A program made the translations under genes and the position numbers. From Spirochaetota bacterium (lineage in GTDB: Bacteria; Spirochaetota; UBA4802; UBA5550), in NCBI GenBank assembly GCA_963664815.2, contig CAXXHB010000003.1, positions 3,648,001 through 3,712,000 of the forward strand: a stretch of 64,000 nt of DNA, written 5' to 3'. This document shows, piece by piece, positions 52,709-63,596 of the stretch (position 1 is its first letter; each line of letters begins with the position of its first letter). The notes below the pieces were generated by a model. That model saw only the letters and a list, made by a program, of their open reading frames with translations. It was not told the origin of the DNA and did not search any database.

Positions 52709-53254
52709 TTACAGCTTTAAAAGCGCGTTTTTCTCTGTCGGTAACGGAGTTGAAACGGTATTGAAACGGTTTTTAACAGGGTCTGCATACTGCTTAAGTC
52801 CTGTTTTAACAGCTTCACCTCTGTCTTTTACTGCATTAATATTACTATGTCCATCTGCTGATCTGCTGTTTTCTGAACAGTAAAAGGTATATTCTGTAAT
52901 ATCACCAGAGGCAGATACACCCACTGCATCCCCTGTACCGCCGCTTCCCGATGGAGTAACAGGTGAACCTGGAGCAATGCCGCGAAGGTATTCCGACATA
53001 AAAAGATTATACCCTGACTTTTTCTTCCTCTTTGCCCTGTTTCTGTAGAGAGCTTTCTCCTCTTCCGGAAGAACCTGCCAGGCCTTTACGCCGCCGCCGA
53101 AATTACCCCTGCACTTCACCTGCGGTTCAGTACGCGGATTGGAGGGAATTGTGCGTGCTTTAATGTAGATTTTACCATAGCGTCTGTAAAACACAAGATC
53201 GCCCATACCTCCATGCGCAGTTCTTAAATAAGGATGAAGCTTTACTTTTGCCAT
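52709..53254 (-). CDS. Basic putative DNA-binding protein with an HMG-box-like segment
   Basis: GGMGDLVFYRRYGK...PSNPRT..Q...WQVLPEEEKALYRNRAK...GYNLFMSEY. Confidence 0.6.
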   Translation of the reverse strand: MAKVKLHPYLRTAHGGMGDLVFYRRYGKIYIKARTIPSNPRTEPQVKCRGNFGGGVKAWQVLPEEEKALYRNRAKRKKKSGYNLFMSEYLRGIAPGSPVTPSGSGGTGDAVGVSASGDITEYTFYCSENSRSADGHSNINAVKDRGEAVKTGLKQYADPVKNRFNTVSTPLPTEKNALLKL

Positions 53255-53606
53255 AGATATACACTCCTTTATTGCTGTTATATTTTATCGTTATTTATAT
53301 AGAAACTTATGTCTCCTATAACCAGTGCGGAAAAACAAATGACATGGGGCAAGCATATTTTTAAAAATTTTATATGTTAATAAAACAGGTTTATCAAATT
53401 TGCATACTGCTTTGCCACCTCCGGGGGTGCGGGGGCTGATAAGTCCAGGTTGCTGAAGGTATACTATACCTGCGAACAGCCCCCATAAACCTTCAAATCC
53501 CCCCTGCATTTAATTAAAACAAATTTTTTATTGAAAATAACATGGCACTTCTGATGCTATGGTTAAGAAATAAAAAGTTTAAATTTTTCAGCAAGAGAAA
53601 ACCGCA

Positions 53607-55451
53607 ATGATAAAAGTAATTAACCTGAACAAATCCTTCGGAAAACAGGTGATTTTTGATGATATCAGCTTTAATGTAAACCCCGGTGAAAAGATCGGCT
53701 TAACAGGCAGAAACGGGCATGGGAAAACCACGCTTTTAAAAATGATCATCGGTGAGGAACATGCCGATTCCGGGGAGATAGTAATACCTAAAAGCTATAC
53801 CATAGGACATGTAACACAGCATATAAGCTTTAAAGAGAACAGTGTAATTGCCGAGGGCTGCCGGGGGCTGCCGGAGGACCATAAAGATGATAAATGGAAG
53901 GTTGAAAAGATACTTTCCGGCCTGGGGTTTTCTGCGGGGGATATGCTGCGCAATCCAGCAGAATTCTCAGGGGGTTATCAGGTTAGGCTCAACCTCACGA
54001 AGGTGCTGGTTTCGGAACCGGGAATGCTGCTTCTTGACGAGCCGACCAACTATCTCGACATCATCTCCATCAGGTGGCTTGAATCTTTCCTTAAGCAGTG
54101 GAGCGGCGAGCTTATTCTCATCACGCACGACAGGTCATTTATGGACAGCGTGACCACACACACAATAGGCATTCACAGGCAGAAGGTGCGAAAGATCGAG
54201 GGATCAACCGACAAGCTGTATGACCAGATTCTGAAAGAAGAGGAGATCTACGAAAAGACAAGGATCAATGACGAGAAGAAGAGGAAGGAGGTGGAGCTCT
54301 TTGTCTCCAGGTTCAGGGCCAAGGCGCGTCTGGCGGGGATGGTGCAGTCGAGGGTGAAAGCCCTTGAAAAGCAGCAGACTCTCGACAAGCTTGAAAAAAT
54401 AAAGGACCTTGAGTTTTCATTCAACTACAAACCGTTCAATGCAAAAATGCTGATGTCCGCCGAAGAGTTATCCTTCTCATACAACAGCGAAACACCAATA
54501 GTAAAAAATTTCGACCTCAATGTCCGGAGCGATGACAGAATATGCGTTATCGGAAAAAACGGACGCGGGAAAACCACACTGCTCCGCCTTCTTTCCGGCA
54601 ATCTTGCTCCTGACAGCGGAAAAGTAAGCATGCACACAAATACAAAGACCGGATACTTCGCCCAGACCAACGTAATCAATTTAAATAATAACCTTACGGT
54701 TGAAGAAGAGATAGGAAACTGCGGATGCGAAAAACAGGCTGCAAGGAATATCGCCGGCGCCATGATGTTTGAAGGGGACGACGCTCTTAAAAAAATCGGA
54801 GTACTCTCCGGCGGTGAGAAAAACAGGGTTCTTTTGGGGAAGATTCTTGCAACACCGGCAAACCTTATATTTCTCGACGAACCGACAAACCACCTTGACA
54901 TGGAATCATGTGACGCCCTTCTTGCGGCAATAGATGCATTTCCCGGCGCCGTGATTATGGTAACGCACAACGAGATGTTTCTTCATTCCCTTGCAAACAG
55001 GTTTATTGTTTTTCAGAGCAGCGGTATTATTCATTACGAGGGGACATACAGCGGGTTCCTTGAAAAGATAGGCTGGGATGAAGAGAAGAGTGATGAACGC
55101 AGCGCTGCTGACGAGACAAAAAAAGAGACATCATTCAATAAAAAAGATATAAGAAAACTCCGTTCCGACATAATAACAAAACGTTCAAAAGAGATTAAGC
55201 CCCTGGAGGATAAAATCACAAAAACCGAGAATTCAATATCTGAAAAAGAGAAGCTTCTTGAAAATAAAAACCGTGAAATAATTGAAGCATCGGGTACCGG
55301 CAAAAGCCGTGAAATAGAAACACTCTCAAAGGAGATACATATGCTTCAGAAAGAGATAGATTCTCTCTTCGGAGAATATGAAAAGCTGAGTGTAACTCTT
55401 GATGAGAGAAAAGATTTCTTTGAGTCAGAACTTAAGAAGCTTGAGGATTAA
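53607..55451 (+). CDS. ABC-F family ATP-binding protein
   Basis: Two ABC domains (GRNGHGKT, GKNGRGKT, DEPTN) and no TM. Confidence 0.93.
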   Translation: MIKVINLNKSFGKQVIFDDISFNVNPGEKIGLTGRNGHGKTTLLKMIIGEEHADSGEIVIPKSYTIGHVTQHISFKENSVIAEGCRGLPEDHKDDKWKVEKILSGLGFSAGDMLRNPAEFSGGYQVRLNLTKVLVSEPGMLLLDEPTNYLDIISIRWLESFLKQWSGELILITHDRSFMDSVTTHTIGIHRQKVRKIEGSTDKLYDQILKEEEIYEKTRINDEKKRKEVELFVSRFRAKARLAGMVQSRVKALEKQQTLDKLEKIKDLEFSFNYKPFNAKMLMSAEELSFSYNSETPIVKNFDLNVRSDDRICVIGKNGRGKTTLLRLLSGNLAPDSGKVSMHTNTKTGYFAQTNVINLNNNLTVEEEIGNCGCEKQAARNIAGAMMFEGDDALKKIGVLSGGEKNRVLLGKILATPANLIFLDEPTNHLDMESCDALLAAIDAFPGAVIMVTHNEMFLHSLANRFIVFQSSGIIHYEGTYSGFLEKIGWDEEKSDERSAADETKKETSFNKKDIRKLRSDIITKRSKEIKPLEDKITKTENSISEKEKLLENKNREIIEASGTGKSREIETLSKEIHMLQKEIDSLFGEYEKLSVTLDERKDFFESELKKLED

Positions 55452-55553
55452 TTAAATGTTGACTTTAACAGCTATATGGATCTTCTGTTTGTGATTGATT
55501 TTTTCTGTTGAAATTCTGATAATACCGGTATTATAATATAACGAAAATATGCC

Positions 55554-57374
55554 ATGAAAATAATCTATTCTAAAGATGACTGGAAAGAGATAATCAAAGC
55601 CATGGGGCTTGTCTTCGGAGATATAGGGACAAGCCCTATATACACCCTTTCGGTAATTATACTCTTTATCAAGCCTACTGAAGCAAACATTACAGGAATT
55701 CTTTCACTCATCATATGGACTCTTATTGTACTTGTCAGCGTTGAGTATGCATGGCTTGCCATGCGGCTTGAAGACCACGGCGAGGGTGGCACAATCATAT
55801 TAAAAAAAATACTTGAAAAGAATATGAAGAAGGGGAGAAAAGCGGCTATAGTAACTATCCTCGCCTATGCAGGGGTCTCGCTTCTTATGGGTGACGGAGT
55901 TATTACACCTGCCATAAGTATACTTTCGGCAGTTGAAGGTCTCGCTCTCATCCCTGCTTTCAACAGCATACATCAGTCGCACATAATAATAATATCCATA
56001 ATAATAACAATAGGCCTCTTCTTCTTTCAGCCGAGGGGAACAGACCAGGTATCTGCCATCTTCGGCCCTGTAATGCTTGTCTGGTTTATAACACTGGCAG
56101 CGAGCGGAGCTGTTTCGCTGTTTCACTATCCTGCAGTTTTAAAGGCTGTTAATCCGATCCACTTTATAATCTTTTTTAAAAATAACGGATTTGCCGGTTT
56201 CCTCATTCTGTCAGAGGTAATACTCTGTGCCACAGGGGCGGAAGCGCTCTACGCCGATATGGGACATCTTGGTAAAAAACCTATAATCAGCGCGTGGCGT
56301 ATAATATTCTTCGCGCTTGTCCTTACGTATCTGGGGCAGGGTGCATTTATTTTAAGCCATGGCCCCGTAAAGAACGTGCTATTTTCAATGGTTCAGAGCG
56401 AATCAACATTATTATATATCCCTTTTCTCATAATAGCCATATTCGCAACAATTATAGCCTCCCAGGCTCTTATAAGCGGTGTTTTTTCAATCGTATACCA
56501 GGGTATAACAACCAGAATATTCCCGCGTGTAAAGGTTGATTTTACCTCCACAAAACTTAAATCACAGATTTATATCGGCGGAGTCAACTGGATTCTTATG
56601 GTTGCCGTTATTTTTATAATGCTCTTCTTCGAAAAATCTGAAAAGCTCGCTGCAGCTTACGGGCTCGCTGTAACAGGAACCATGTGTATAACCGCAATGA
56701 TGATGATAATGATATATTACATAAGGAAGGAGAGACTGAGCTACATCGCCGCATCTCTAATCTTTCTTGTAAACCTCTCATTCCTCATCGCCAATTTCAG
56801 CAAGTTTTCACATGGAGGATACTGGTCTATAATTCTCGCTTCCATACCCTTTACAATCATCATCATCTGGCGGAGAGGACATAAAAGGATGTACAAGCAG
56901 CTTATGCCTACAGATCTCGAGACATTCCTGGTCAGTTATGAGCAGATATATAAAAAGGGCAACACCATCCCCGGAACCTGTCTCTTCTTCGTCGGGAACT
57001 ATAATGTAATCTCCCCCTACATTACTCACTGTATAATAAGCGCGAACATAATTTATGAAACGAATATTTTCATCATAGTAAATATAACCGATGATCCTGT
57101 AGGCATTCAGACCCGTTTTATACACGATATAGGTACCGGGCTTCACGCCTTTGAAATACGTGCCGGCTACAAGGTTGAGATTGACATTACAAACGAGATC
57201 GCAAAAGCCGGGATACAACCGAAGGTAATTTTCTACGGCACAGAGGAGATCACTACAAAAAACATATTCTGGAAAATATATGCCCTTATAAAAAAGCTTA
57301 CACCGCATTTTGTCCAGTTCTACAGGCTGCCGGTGACAAAACTGCATGGAATCATTACACGGGTAGAGATGTAA
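55554..57374 (+). CDS. kup: KUP/HAK/KT potassium transporter
   Basis: VFGDIGTSPIY, GEGG, GDGVITPAIS, TGAEALYADMGH. Confidence 0.95.
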   Translation: MKIIYSKDDWKEIIKAMGLVFGDIGTSPIYTLSVIILFIKPTEANITGILSLIIWTLIVLVSVEYAWLAMRLEDHGEGGTIILKKILEKNMKKGRKAAIVTILAYAGVSLLMGDGVITPAISILSAVEGLALIPAFNSIHQSHIIIISIIITIGLFFFQPRGTDQVSAIFGPVMLVWFITLAASGAVSLFHYPAVLKAVNPIHFIIFFKNNGFAGFLILSEVILCATGAEALYADMGHLGKKPIISAWRIIFFALVLTYLGQGAFILSHGPVKNVLFSMVQSESTLLYIPFLIIAIFATIIASQALISGVFSIVYQGITTRIFPRVKVDFTSTKLKSQIYIGGVNWILMVAVIFIMLFFEKSEKLAAAYGLAVTGTMCITAMMMIMIYYIRKERLSYIAASLIFLVNLSFLIANFSKFSHGGYWSIILASIPFTIIIIWRRGHKRMYKQLMPTDLETFLVSYEQIYKKGNTIPGTCLFFVGNYNVISPYITHCIISANIIYETNIFIIVNITDDPVGIQTRFIHDIGTGLHAFEIRAGYKVEIDITNEIAKAGIQPKVIFYGTEEITTKNIFWKIYALIKKLTPHFVQFYRLPVTKLHGIITRVEM

Positions 57375-57444
57375 AACTTATATCTTCATTATCGCCTTTG
57401 TCATGAAATCCGTACTTTACGGACTGCATGGATAACTATAATGA

Positions 57445-57687
57445 TCATGCCACAATCTTATACTTAATCCGACCCGTTAGACCGTATGATCCGCGTCTTT
57501 CCACGCCGTCATACATCCCGCCCGAGCCCCTGATAGGATTTATTCCAACCATTGCCCATCCTGCTGACCTCATAAACATCTTTATTCTGTCAGCTGAAAT
57601 CATCTGGTCGAGAAGAGCGGCATCAATAAGTCCCTCCTTGTTATCCTGAAAAACTACACGCATATTCATATCATACCTCCTTTTCAC
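57445..57687 (-). CDS. GSU3473-like small protein
   Basis: LDQMI...F.RS.GW..VG.NPIR...YDG.ERR. Confidence 0.65.
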   Translation of the reverse strand: MKRRYDMNMRVVFQDNKEGLIDAALLDQMISADRIKMFMRSAGWAMVGINPIRGSGGMYDGVERRGSYGLTGRIKYKIVA

Positions 57688-57943
57688 CGTATGATATCAA
57701 CAGGAATATCCTGTACTGTACGTAATATATGTAACTATAAACTGCGGAGGAATCTAATTTTTTTCCATTATAATTATAAAAAATACCCTTAACCTCCGTG
57801 TATAATTATAGACAAAACAGGGCTCGAATCTACATTCATGCATAAAAAAAATTATCTGCCGCCGGCAACGGCGGGTGGTTAAATATTTTTATTTAAAAAA
57901 TATAAAAAATGATACTAAAAATACTATTTAACAGGGATGAAAG

Positions 57944-59056
57944 ATGAAACAGCTTTTTGAAAAAACAGATATCAACGGTCTGGAAATGAAAAACAGATTT
58001 ATACGCTCCGCCACGTGGGAAAGAATGGCTGACGATGAAGGGCACCTGACCGACAGGCTTATTAAAGTTTATGAAAATCTTGCAGATGGCGGCGCTGCCG
58101 CAATAATTACCGGATACGCATACGTTTTAAAGGATGAACAGCCGAACCCGAAGATGATGGGTATATATGACGATTCTTTTATTGAAGAGTATAAAAAACT
58201 GACTGATGCTGTTCATAAAAGAGGGAGCCGGATAATTCTCCAGATAGTTTACGGAGGTCCATTTTCATGGTTTAAAGCCTCAGAACGCGTCATATGGGGG
58301 CCATCGGCTGTCACCAATAAACTATCCGGCGTTACTCCGAAAGAGATGACCAAGGATGAAATAAAAATACTGGTTGAAGCCTTCGGAGACGCTGCACTCA
58401 GAGCGAAAAAAAGCGGTTTTGACGGCGTTGAGATTCATGGTGCGCACAGCTACCTGCTGAATATGTTTCTCACTCCGATGTTTAACACAAGGGGGGATGA
58501 ATACGGCGGAAACAGGGATAACAGGGCAAGAATAATATACGAGGTATATGACAATGTACGGGCTAAAACAGGGAAAGACTACCCGGTGCTTATAAAGCTT
58601 AACTGTTCCGACTTCAGCGGTGATAAAGGATTTACATTTAATGAATGTAAAACTCTGTGCAGTAACCTTGGAACTATGGGAATTGATGCTATAGAGATAA
58701 GCGGAGGGACTGTTTTCAAAGCCCCTAAACCTGAAAAAGATCCCTCAAACTTCAGCGCTGAAGCCATTGGAAAAGAATCGTACTTTGCAGAGTATGCGAA
58801 GGAGATTGCAGAAACAGTTAACGTTCCGGTAATCCTTGTCGGAGGGAACAGATCATTCGAAAAAATGGAGAATCTGCTGTCCGATTCGGGTATTGAATAC
58901 TTTTCACTATCAAGGCCGCTCTTAAGCGAACCGGATCTTATCAGCAGATGGATGACAGACAGAAGCGTTAAACCAAGATGCATCTCATGCGGGAAATGCT
59001 TTAACAATGACGGAAATCACTGTTCCCTTGATGATGAGAAGAAAGAGGCTATATAG
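57944..59056 (+). CDS. NADH:flavin oxidoreductase (Old Yellow Enzyme family)
   Basis: KNRFIRSAT, GFDGVEIHGAHSYL, RGDEYGG, SRPL..EP, CISCGKC. Confidence 0.93.
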   Translation: MKQLFEKTDINGLEMKNRFIRSATWERMADDEGHLTDRLIKVYENLADGGAAAIITGYAYVLKDEQPNPKMMGIYDDSFIEEYKKLTDAVHKRGSRIILQIVYGGPFSWFKASERVIWGPSAVTNKLSGVTPKEMTKDEIKILVEAFGDAALRAKKSGFDGVEIHGAHSYLLNMFLTPMFNTRGDEYGGNRDNRARIIYEVYDNVRAKTGKDYPVLIKLNCSDFSGDKGFTFNECKTLCSNLGTMGIDAIEISGGTVFKAPKPEKDPSNFSAEAIGKESYFAEYAKEIAETVNVPVILVGGNRSFEKMENLLSDSGIEYFSLSRPLLSEPDLISRWMTDRSVKPRCISCGKCFNNDGNHCSLDDEKKEAI

Positions 59057-59203
59057 GCAAAATTTATTGCGGTTTACATAATCCGGGAATTACGGATCCT
59101 GTAAACCGCATCTGTTTTATTGTTCAACCTGCTGTAAAACAGGCAGAACCGGAGAGAATATGATTCCAGATGAAAATCACTATGCAGGTGCAGTTATTAA
59201 TGA

Positions 59204-60169
59204 TTAATAAAGAAAATTCCCGCAGATTTTATAACACTCGGATTTTTTAAATACTTCGGGTATCTCCGAACCGCTCAGCAGCAGGTAAGGGATAACCTCA
59301 TCTGCAAGATATGCCGGCAGCGTATTCAGTTTGACAAGCCTTTCCGTCTCATGTATGAGCGCGGTCAGTGTTGAATAATATTTACTCTCCTCAAAAACAA
59401 AATCTCCGGCACTGTTGTATATCTCCATATCCCTTGACAGGATTACATTTACCCCCCCATGCCTTACATAGACATGAATGGAATTTCCGTAACCGTCGGC
59501 ATCAATTATCTCAAGTATCTGAACCCTGTTTTCCTCTATGTTCGCGTTCTTTATAATAAACTCCTTCTCGCGTGCAGCCATATCCATATTCATCTTTGCC
59601 ATCAGTATCCTCACACCCTCAATCCCGGCATCATCGGAATTGAAAAGATTTCCGCACTTCTTCGGTTCTGCGGGATATATCCTCGACTCGGCAATTCCCC
59701 CGCCGGATCCGTAAAACCCGAAACGCTTGAGGTTGAGGCTGGCATAATGGCCGGTACTTTCAAGAAATCCGAAAAGCGACTCCTTCAGGAATGTTGTCGG
59801 GCAGGAAAGATGACTATGGGTAACACCTGTGTAATTGATAACAGAACGGAAGTCATTATAAAAAAGTGAGGGGAGCAGAAAGAGTTCTATCTCTGATATA
59901 GGTGAATACTTATCCGTCCCGAAATTATATGTTCCGGCGGGAATACCTTCCGGGGTGAAAATAATATCCCCTCCGGACCCGGTCAGCATACCGGACCCGG
60001 TTTCAAAGACAAACCTTTTAAGATCATTAAAAAGCGGCATCAGATCATAATTCTTTTCAATGAACTCAAATCCGTTTTTTACGGCAACCGGCTCCTTTTT
60101 AAAAAGAGCAAGTGAGAGCGCCATCCGTATATGCCGCCAGTTAAATGTATTTAATTCGATTATCATCAT
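59204..60169 (-). CDS. RNA 3'-phosphate cyclase-like protein (degenerate)
   Basis: RMALSLAL, GVTH...CPT, RFGFYGSGGG, YLADEVIP. Confidence 0.7.
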   Translation of the reverse strand: MMIIELNTFNWRHIRMALSLALFKKEPVAVKNGFEFIEKNYDLMPLFNDLKRFVFETGSGMLTGSGGDIIFTPEGIPAGTYNFGTDKYSPISEIELFLLPSLFYNDFRSVINYTGVTHSHLSCPTTFLKESLFGFLESTGHYASLNLKRFGFYGSGGGIAESRIYPAEPKKCGNLFNSDDAGIEGVRILMAKMNMDMAAREKEFIIKNANIEENRVQILEIIDADGYGNSIHVYVRHGGVNVILSRDMEIYNSAGDFVFEESKYYSTLTALIHETERLVKLNTLPAYLADEVIPYLLLSGSEIPEVFKKSECYKICGNFLY

Positions 60170-60207
60170 GATTATATACGGGTTTTCACTAATGATTTAC
60201 AGCGGAA

Positions 60208-61461
60208 TTACATGTATTTCTTCAGAACTTCCGGGATTTCAAAGTTCCCGTCTGCTGTCTGATAGTTTTCAATTATCGCGGCCATTGTTCTCCCCGCTGC
60301 GAGTCCTGAACCGTTCAGCGTATGCAGATAAGCCGGCTTTTCCCCCTTTTTCCTGTATCTTATCATTGCCCTTCTTGCCTGGTATTCGAGAAAATTTGAG
60401 CATGATGATATCTCCATGTACCTGTTAAGTCCCGGCATCCAGACCTCCAGGTCGTATGTCTTTGTCGATGATGCAGAGGTATCTCCTCCGCATAACAGGA
60501 CGGTTCTGTAATGAAGATTAAGTCTTTTCAGAACCTCTTCAGCGTTAAGTGTCAGTTTTTCAAGTTCGTCAAAAGAGTTTTCAGGCTCAACAAACTTGAC
60601 AAGCTCAACCTTCTGGAACTGGTGAACCCTCACAAGTCCCCTTGTGTCTCTCCCCGCGGCGCCTGCCTCGCGCCTGAAGCACGATGACTGCATGGTGAGA
60701 TATATCGGCAGATTATCAGCTTCGAGAATCTCGTCCCTGTAAATATTGGTAAGGGTTACCTCCGCAGTGGGTATAAGTGAGAGACCATCCCTCTCCATTT
60801 TATAATATTCATCCTTGAATTTCGGATACTGCCCTGTCCCGGTCATGCTCTCGTCATTAACTATAAACGGCCCGAAAGTCTCCTCGTAACCATGTTCCTT
60901 TGTGTGAAGATCAAGCATAAAGTTTATGATTGCCCTTTCAAGTCTAGCAGCCAGTCCATGATATACATAGAACCTTGCACCGGCAAGTTTTACACCTCTC
61001 TCAAAATCAAGTATGCCGAGCTTTGTTCCTATTTCATAGTGGGGCTGCGGCTCAAAATTAAATTCCGGTTTTTTACCCCACTCTCTCACTACAACATTGT
61101 CCTTCTCGTCTTTCCCTTCAGGAACTGACGCATCAAGTATATTGGGAACTGAAAGATGAAGGTCCGCAAACATCCCGTTAAGCTCCTCAAGCCTGTCGGA
61201 AAAGGTTTTCAGTTCGTCGGAGATTGTCTGGACTTCTTTCATTGCATCTGCGGCATCTTTTCCCTGTGATTTAAGCTGCCCGATTGTTTTAGAGAGCCTG
61301 TTTCTCTTCTCTCTCAGGTCGTCAGATTTAAGTGAGAGTTCACGTCTCTCATCATCAATACTTTTAAGTTTATCAACATCAACTGCGCTTTGCATGTTTC
61401 TTTTAACAAGAAGCGTTCTGATCGAATTTATATCATCTCTTATTATTTTTGGATCTATCAT
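60208..61461 (-). CDS. serS: Serine--tRNA ligase
   Basis: [37 protein letters not shown]. Confidence 0.98.
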   Translation of the reverse strand: MIDPKIIRDDINSIRTLLVKRNMQSAVDVDKLKSIDDERRELSLKSDDLREKRNRLSKTIGQLKSQGKDAADAMKEVQTISDELKTFSDRLEELNGMFADLHLSVPNILDASVPEGKDEKDNVVVREWGKKPEFNFEPQPHYEIGTKLGILDFERGVKLAGARFYVYHGLAARLERAIINFMLDLHTKEHGYEETFGPFIVNDESMTGTGQYPKFKDEYYKMERDGLSLIPTAEVTLTNIYRDEILEADNLPIYLTMQSSCFRREAGAAGRDTRGLVRVHQFQKVELVKFVEPENSFDELEKLTLNAEEVLKRLNLHYRTVLLCGGDTSASSTKTYDLEVWMPGLNRYMEISSCSNFLEYQARRAMIRYRKKGEKPAYLHTLNGSGLAAGRTMAAIIENYQTADGNFEIPEVLKKYM

Positions 61462-61618
61462 AAATTTACCTCAAATTCCTGAAACTATGATTAATTGCGG
61501 AAACAGATAATTTTTTGTCAAGAGGTAAAAAGTATATGCACTTACTCATGTTATATTTGTCTTGACCATTTTTAACTATATATTTGATTTAATATCATAA
61601 TAACGGGACGATGTTTCA

Positions 61619-62638
61619 ATGCTTAAAGACAGCAAAGTAAAATATTACTCGATTCTTTTCATCTGTCTGATTGTATACCTTACAGCAGTAATTTCATATG
61701 TGGTATGGTCCAACCATGAACGCAAACAATTAATAATTGCAGAAATAGACAACAAACTCTCAACTGCCGCTAAAGGTATAAAATATATGCTTGCCCCCGA
61801 TTTCCATGACAGGGCTTTAAATAAAAACAGTATTTCTTTTAATGAAGAAATGAAGAACCGGAAAGCAATTAATGGTTTTGTCAAAGAGACAGAATTCACA
61901 TGGATTTATACCCTTGTCGAGTATGATGGAAAATTTTATTTTTCAGCCCCCACCGTTACTTCTCAGGAGGCGATTGACAGGAAATCATGGTATTTTTATC
62001 CCTACAAAGATATTCCGGATGAATTTGTTAAGGCTTTCAACGGCAGAAAGCCCTGTTTTGTAAATTATACAGACCAATGGGGTGCTTACAGATCTGTGGC
62101 GATCCCTCAGGTTTCTCCGGGGGGCCGTCTTTATCTTTCATGTGCAGATTTTGACATCAGTTATATCGATGTCATCCTTAAGGATAACCTGATAAAATCA
62201 GTTTTCAGCGCATTATACTTTATGCTTTTTTCTCTTCCGTTTATATTCGTATTCAGACGTTTTTTCAGATCATACACCATCACTCTTAAAAATATGAACG
62301 ATGAACTTGTTTCCCACAGGGAAAATCTAGAATTACAGATTAACAAACGCACCTCAGAGTTAAAAATGGCCTATGACAGGCTGAGTGATGAACTCCTTGA
62401 AAAAGAAGCTATAGAAAAAAATCTTACTGAAGAGCGGAACAGACTTATTGAGGCTATAACTGAAGTTAAAACACTGAGCGGGCTTCTCCCCATATGTGCT
62501 TCATGTAAAAAAATCAGGGATGACAGCGGGTACTGGTACCAGATAGAAAAATATATACAGGAACATTCCGAAGCAACATTCAGTCATGGGATATGTCCCG
62601 ATTGCGCCGGGAAGTTATACCCGGGATTAAGCAGTTAA
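61619..62638 (+). CDS. Membrane sensor-like protein with a C-terminal Cys/His domain
   Basis: 2 TM around a Cache-like region (YTDQWG); LSGLLPICASCKKIRDD...SHGICPDC. Confidence 0.75.
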   Translation: MLKDSKVKYYSILFICLIVYLTAVISYVVWSNHERKQLIIAEIDNKLSTAAKGIKYMLAPDFHDRALNKNSISFNEEMKNRKAINGFVKETEFTWIYTLVEYDGKFYFSAPTVTSQEAIDRKSWYFYPYKDIPDEFVKAFNGRKPCFVNYTDQWGAYRSVAIPQVSPGGRLYLSCADFDISYIDVILKDNLIKSVFSALYFMLFSLPFIFVFRRFFRSYTITLKNMNDELVSHRENLELQINKRTSELKMAYDRLSDELLEKEAIEKNLTEERNRLIEAITEVKTLSGLLPICASCKKIRDDSGYWYQIEKYIQEHSEATFSHGICPDCAGKLYPGLSS

Positions 62639-62668
62639 CAGATACAATGGAGTTTTAAATTACCGGAT

Positions 62669-62704
62669 AAAAAAATATACCGGTGGAATCACCGGTATAT
62701 TTTT
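62669..62704. terminator. Bidirectional intrinsic terminator
   Basis: aaaaatataccggtg gaat caccggtatattttt between convergent genes. Confidence 0.85.
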
Positions 62705-62723
62705 CAACGTGACGGGAGGATGA

Positions 62724-62924
62724 TTATTTAGCTGCTTCTTCTTTTTTAGCTTTTTTTGCTTTTTTAGTTTTTGCAGGTTTTTTTGCTGTATCTGATTTAG
62801 CAGCTTCTTTTTTTACTTCAGCAGCTTTAGGATCAGCAACTTTTGTATCAGCAGCAAAAACCATGGAACCGGAAACAAGCGCGATAGCTACGAATGCAAC
62901 AACAACTTTAACGAGTCTTTTCAT
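62724..62924 (-). CDS. Small secreted Lys/Ala-rich protein
   Basis: Signal peptide (VFA); AAGGAG RBS. Confidence 0.7.
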   Translation of the reverse strand: MKRLVKVVVAFVAIALVSGSMVFAADTKVADPKAAEVKKEAAKSDTAKKPAKTKKAKKAKKEEAAK

Positions 62925-63004
62925 GAAAAAATCTCCTTTCTTTTTATAATTACCGGTTAAACCGGAATTTGCAGTTTTAACAAAACAGGAAGCGCTACAC
63001 TTCT

Positions 63005-63370
63005 CTATTTATTCATTTTACCCTTTGGCACAGATTTATATTTAACTTCCATGCCCGCTGATTCATTCTTCTGTTCAGAAACTGTAATTGTAATTATCTG
63101 AAGAGTTTTATTATTACAAACTTTATATGCAATGTCAACTTCAAAATTAATCTTATCTTTAAACTTTTCACAAATATCTGACGAAGCGTGAAATTTTACA
63201 ATCCTTGAATTCTCTTTAATATAAATTGATTTTTTCTTTACCTCAACTCTTACCAATATGCCGGTAATTGTTTTATTATTATCGTTTTCAATTTCTGATG
63301 AGAAAACCGGAGAGCCAGAAAAGATTGCAATATACAGAATCACAATAACCGAGTTTAAAAATCTGCTCAA
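63005..63370 (-). CDS. Secreted hypothetical protein
   Basis: Signal-peptide-like N-terminus; 121 aa. Confidence 0.55.
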   Translation of the reverse strand: MSRFLNSVIVILYIAIFSGSPVFSSEIENDNNKTITGILVRVEVKKKSIYIKENSRIVKFHASSDICEKFKDKINFEVDIAYKVCNNKTLQIITITVSEQKNESAGMEVKYKSVPKGKMNK

Positions 63371-63454
63371 TCCGGCTCTCCTTCAGATTATATCATTTAT
63401 CATTTTTCACAGAACATTAACCAATGTTCATGCTGCCATGTTACATATTATATA

Positions 63455-63470
63455 CGCACATTACGTGCCA
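63455..63470 (-). promoter_or_regulatory. Candidate sigma-54 promoter
   Basis: TGGCAC-N5-GTGC on the minus strand, next to a sigma-54 activator gene. Confidence 0.5.
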
Positions 63471-63596
63471 GATATTTCAGTCCAGGAATTAACGCAAAAA
63501 GGGTTATTTTAATTAGAAAAAGAGGTTTTAATGGACAAAATAAATTATTTGTCGTGGTAAATTATTTTTTATGTATGGTAAATAGACCATCTTTAA

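Noticed and set aside
53543-53557. Sigma-54 promoter before the ABC-F gene
   Set aside because: TGGCAC-N5-ATGC is a partial match that overlaps an equally plausible sigma-70 spacing
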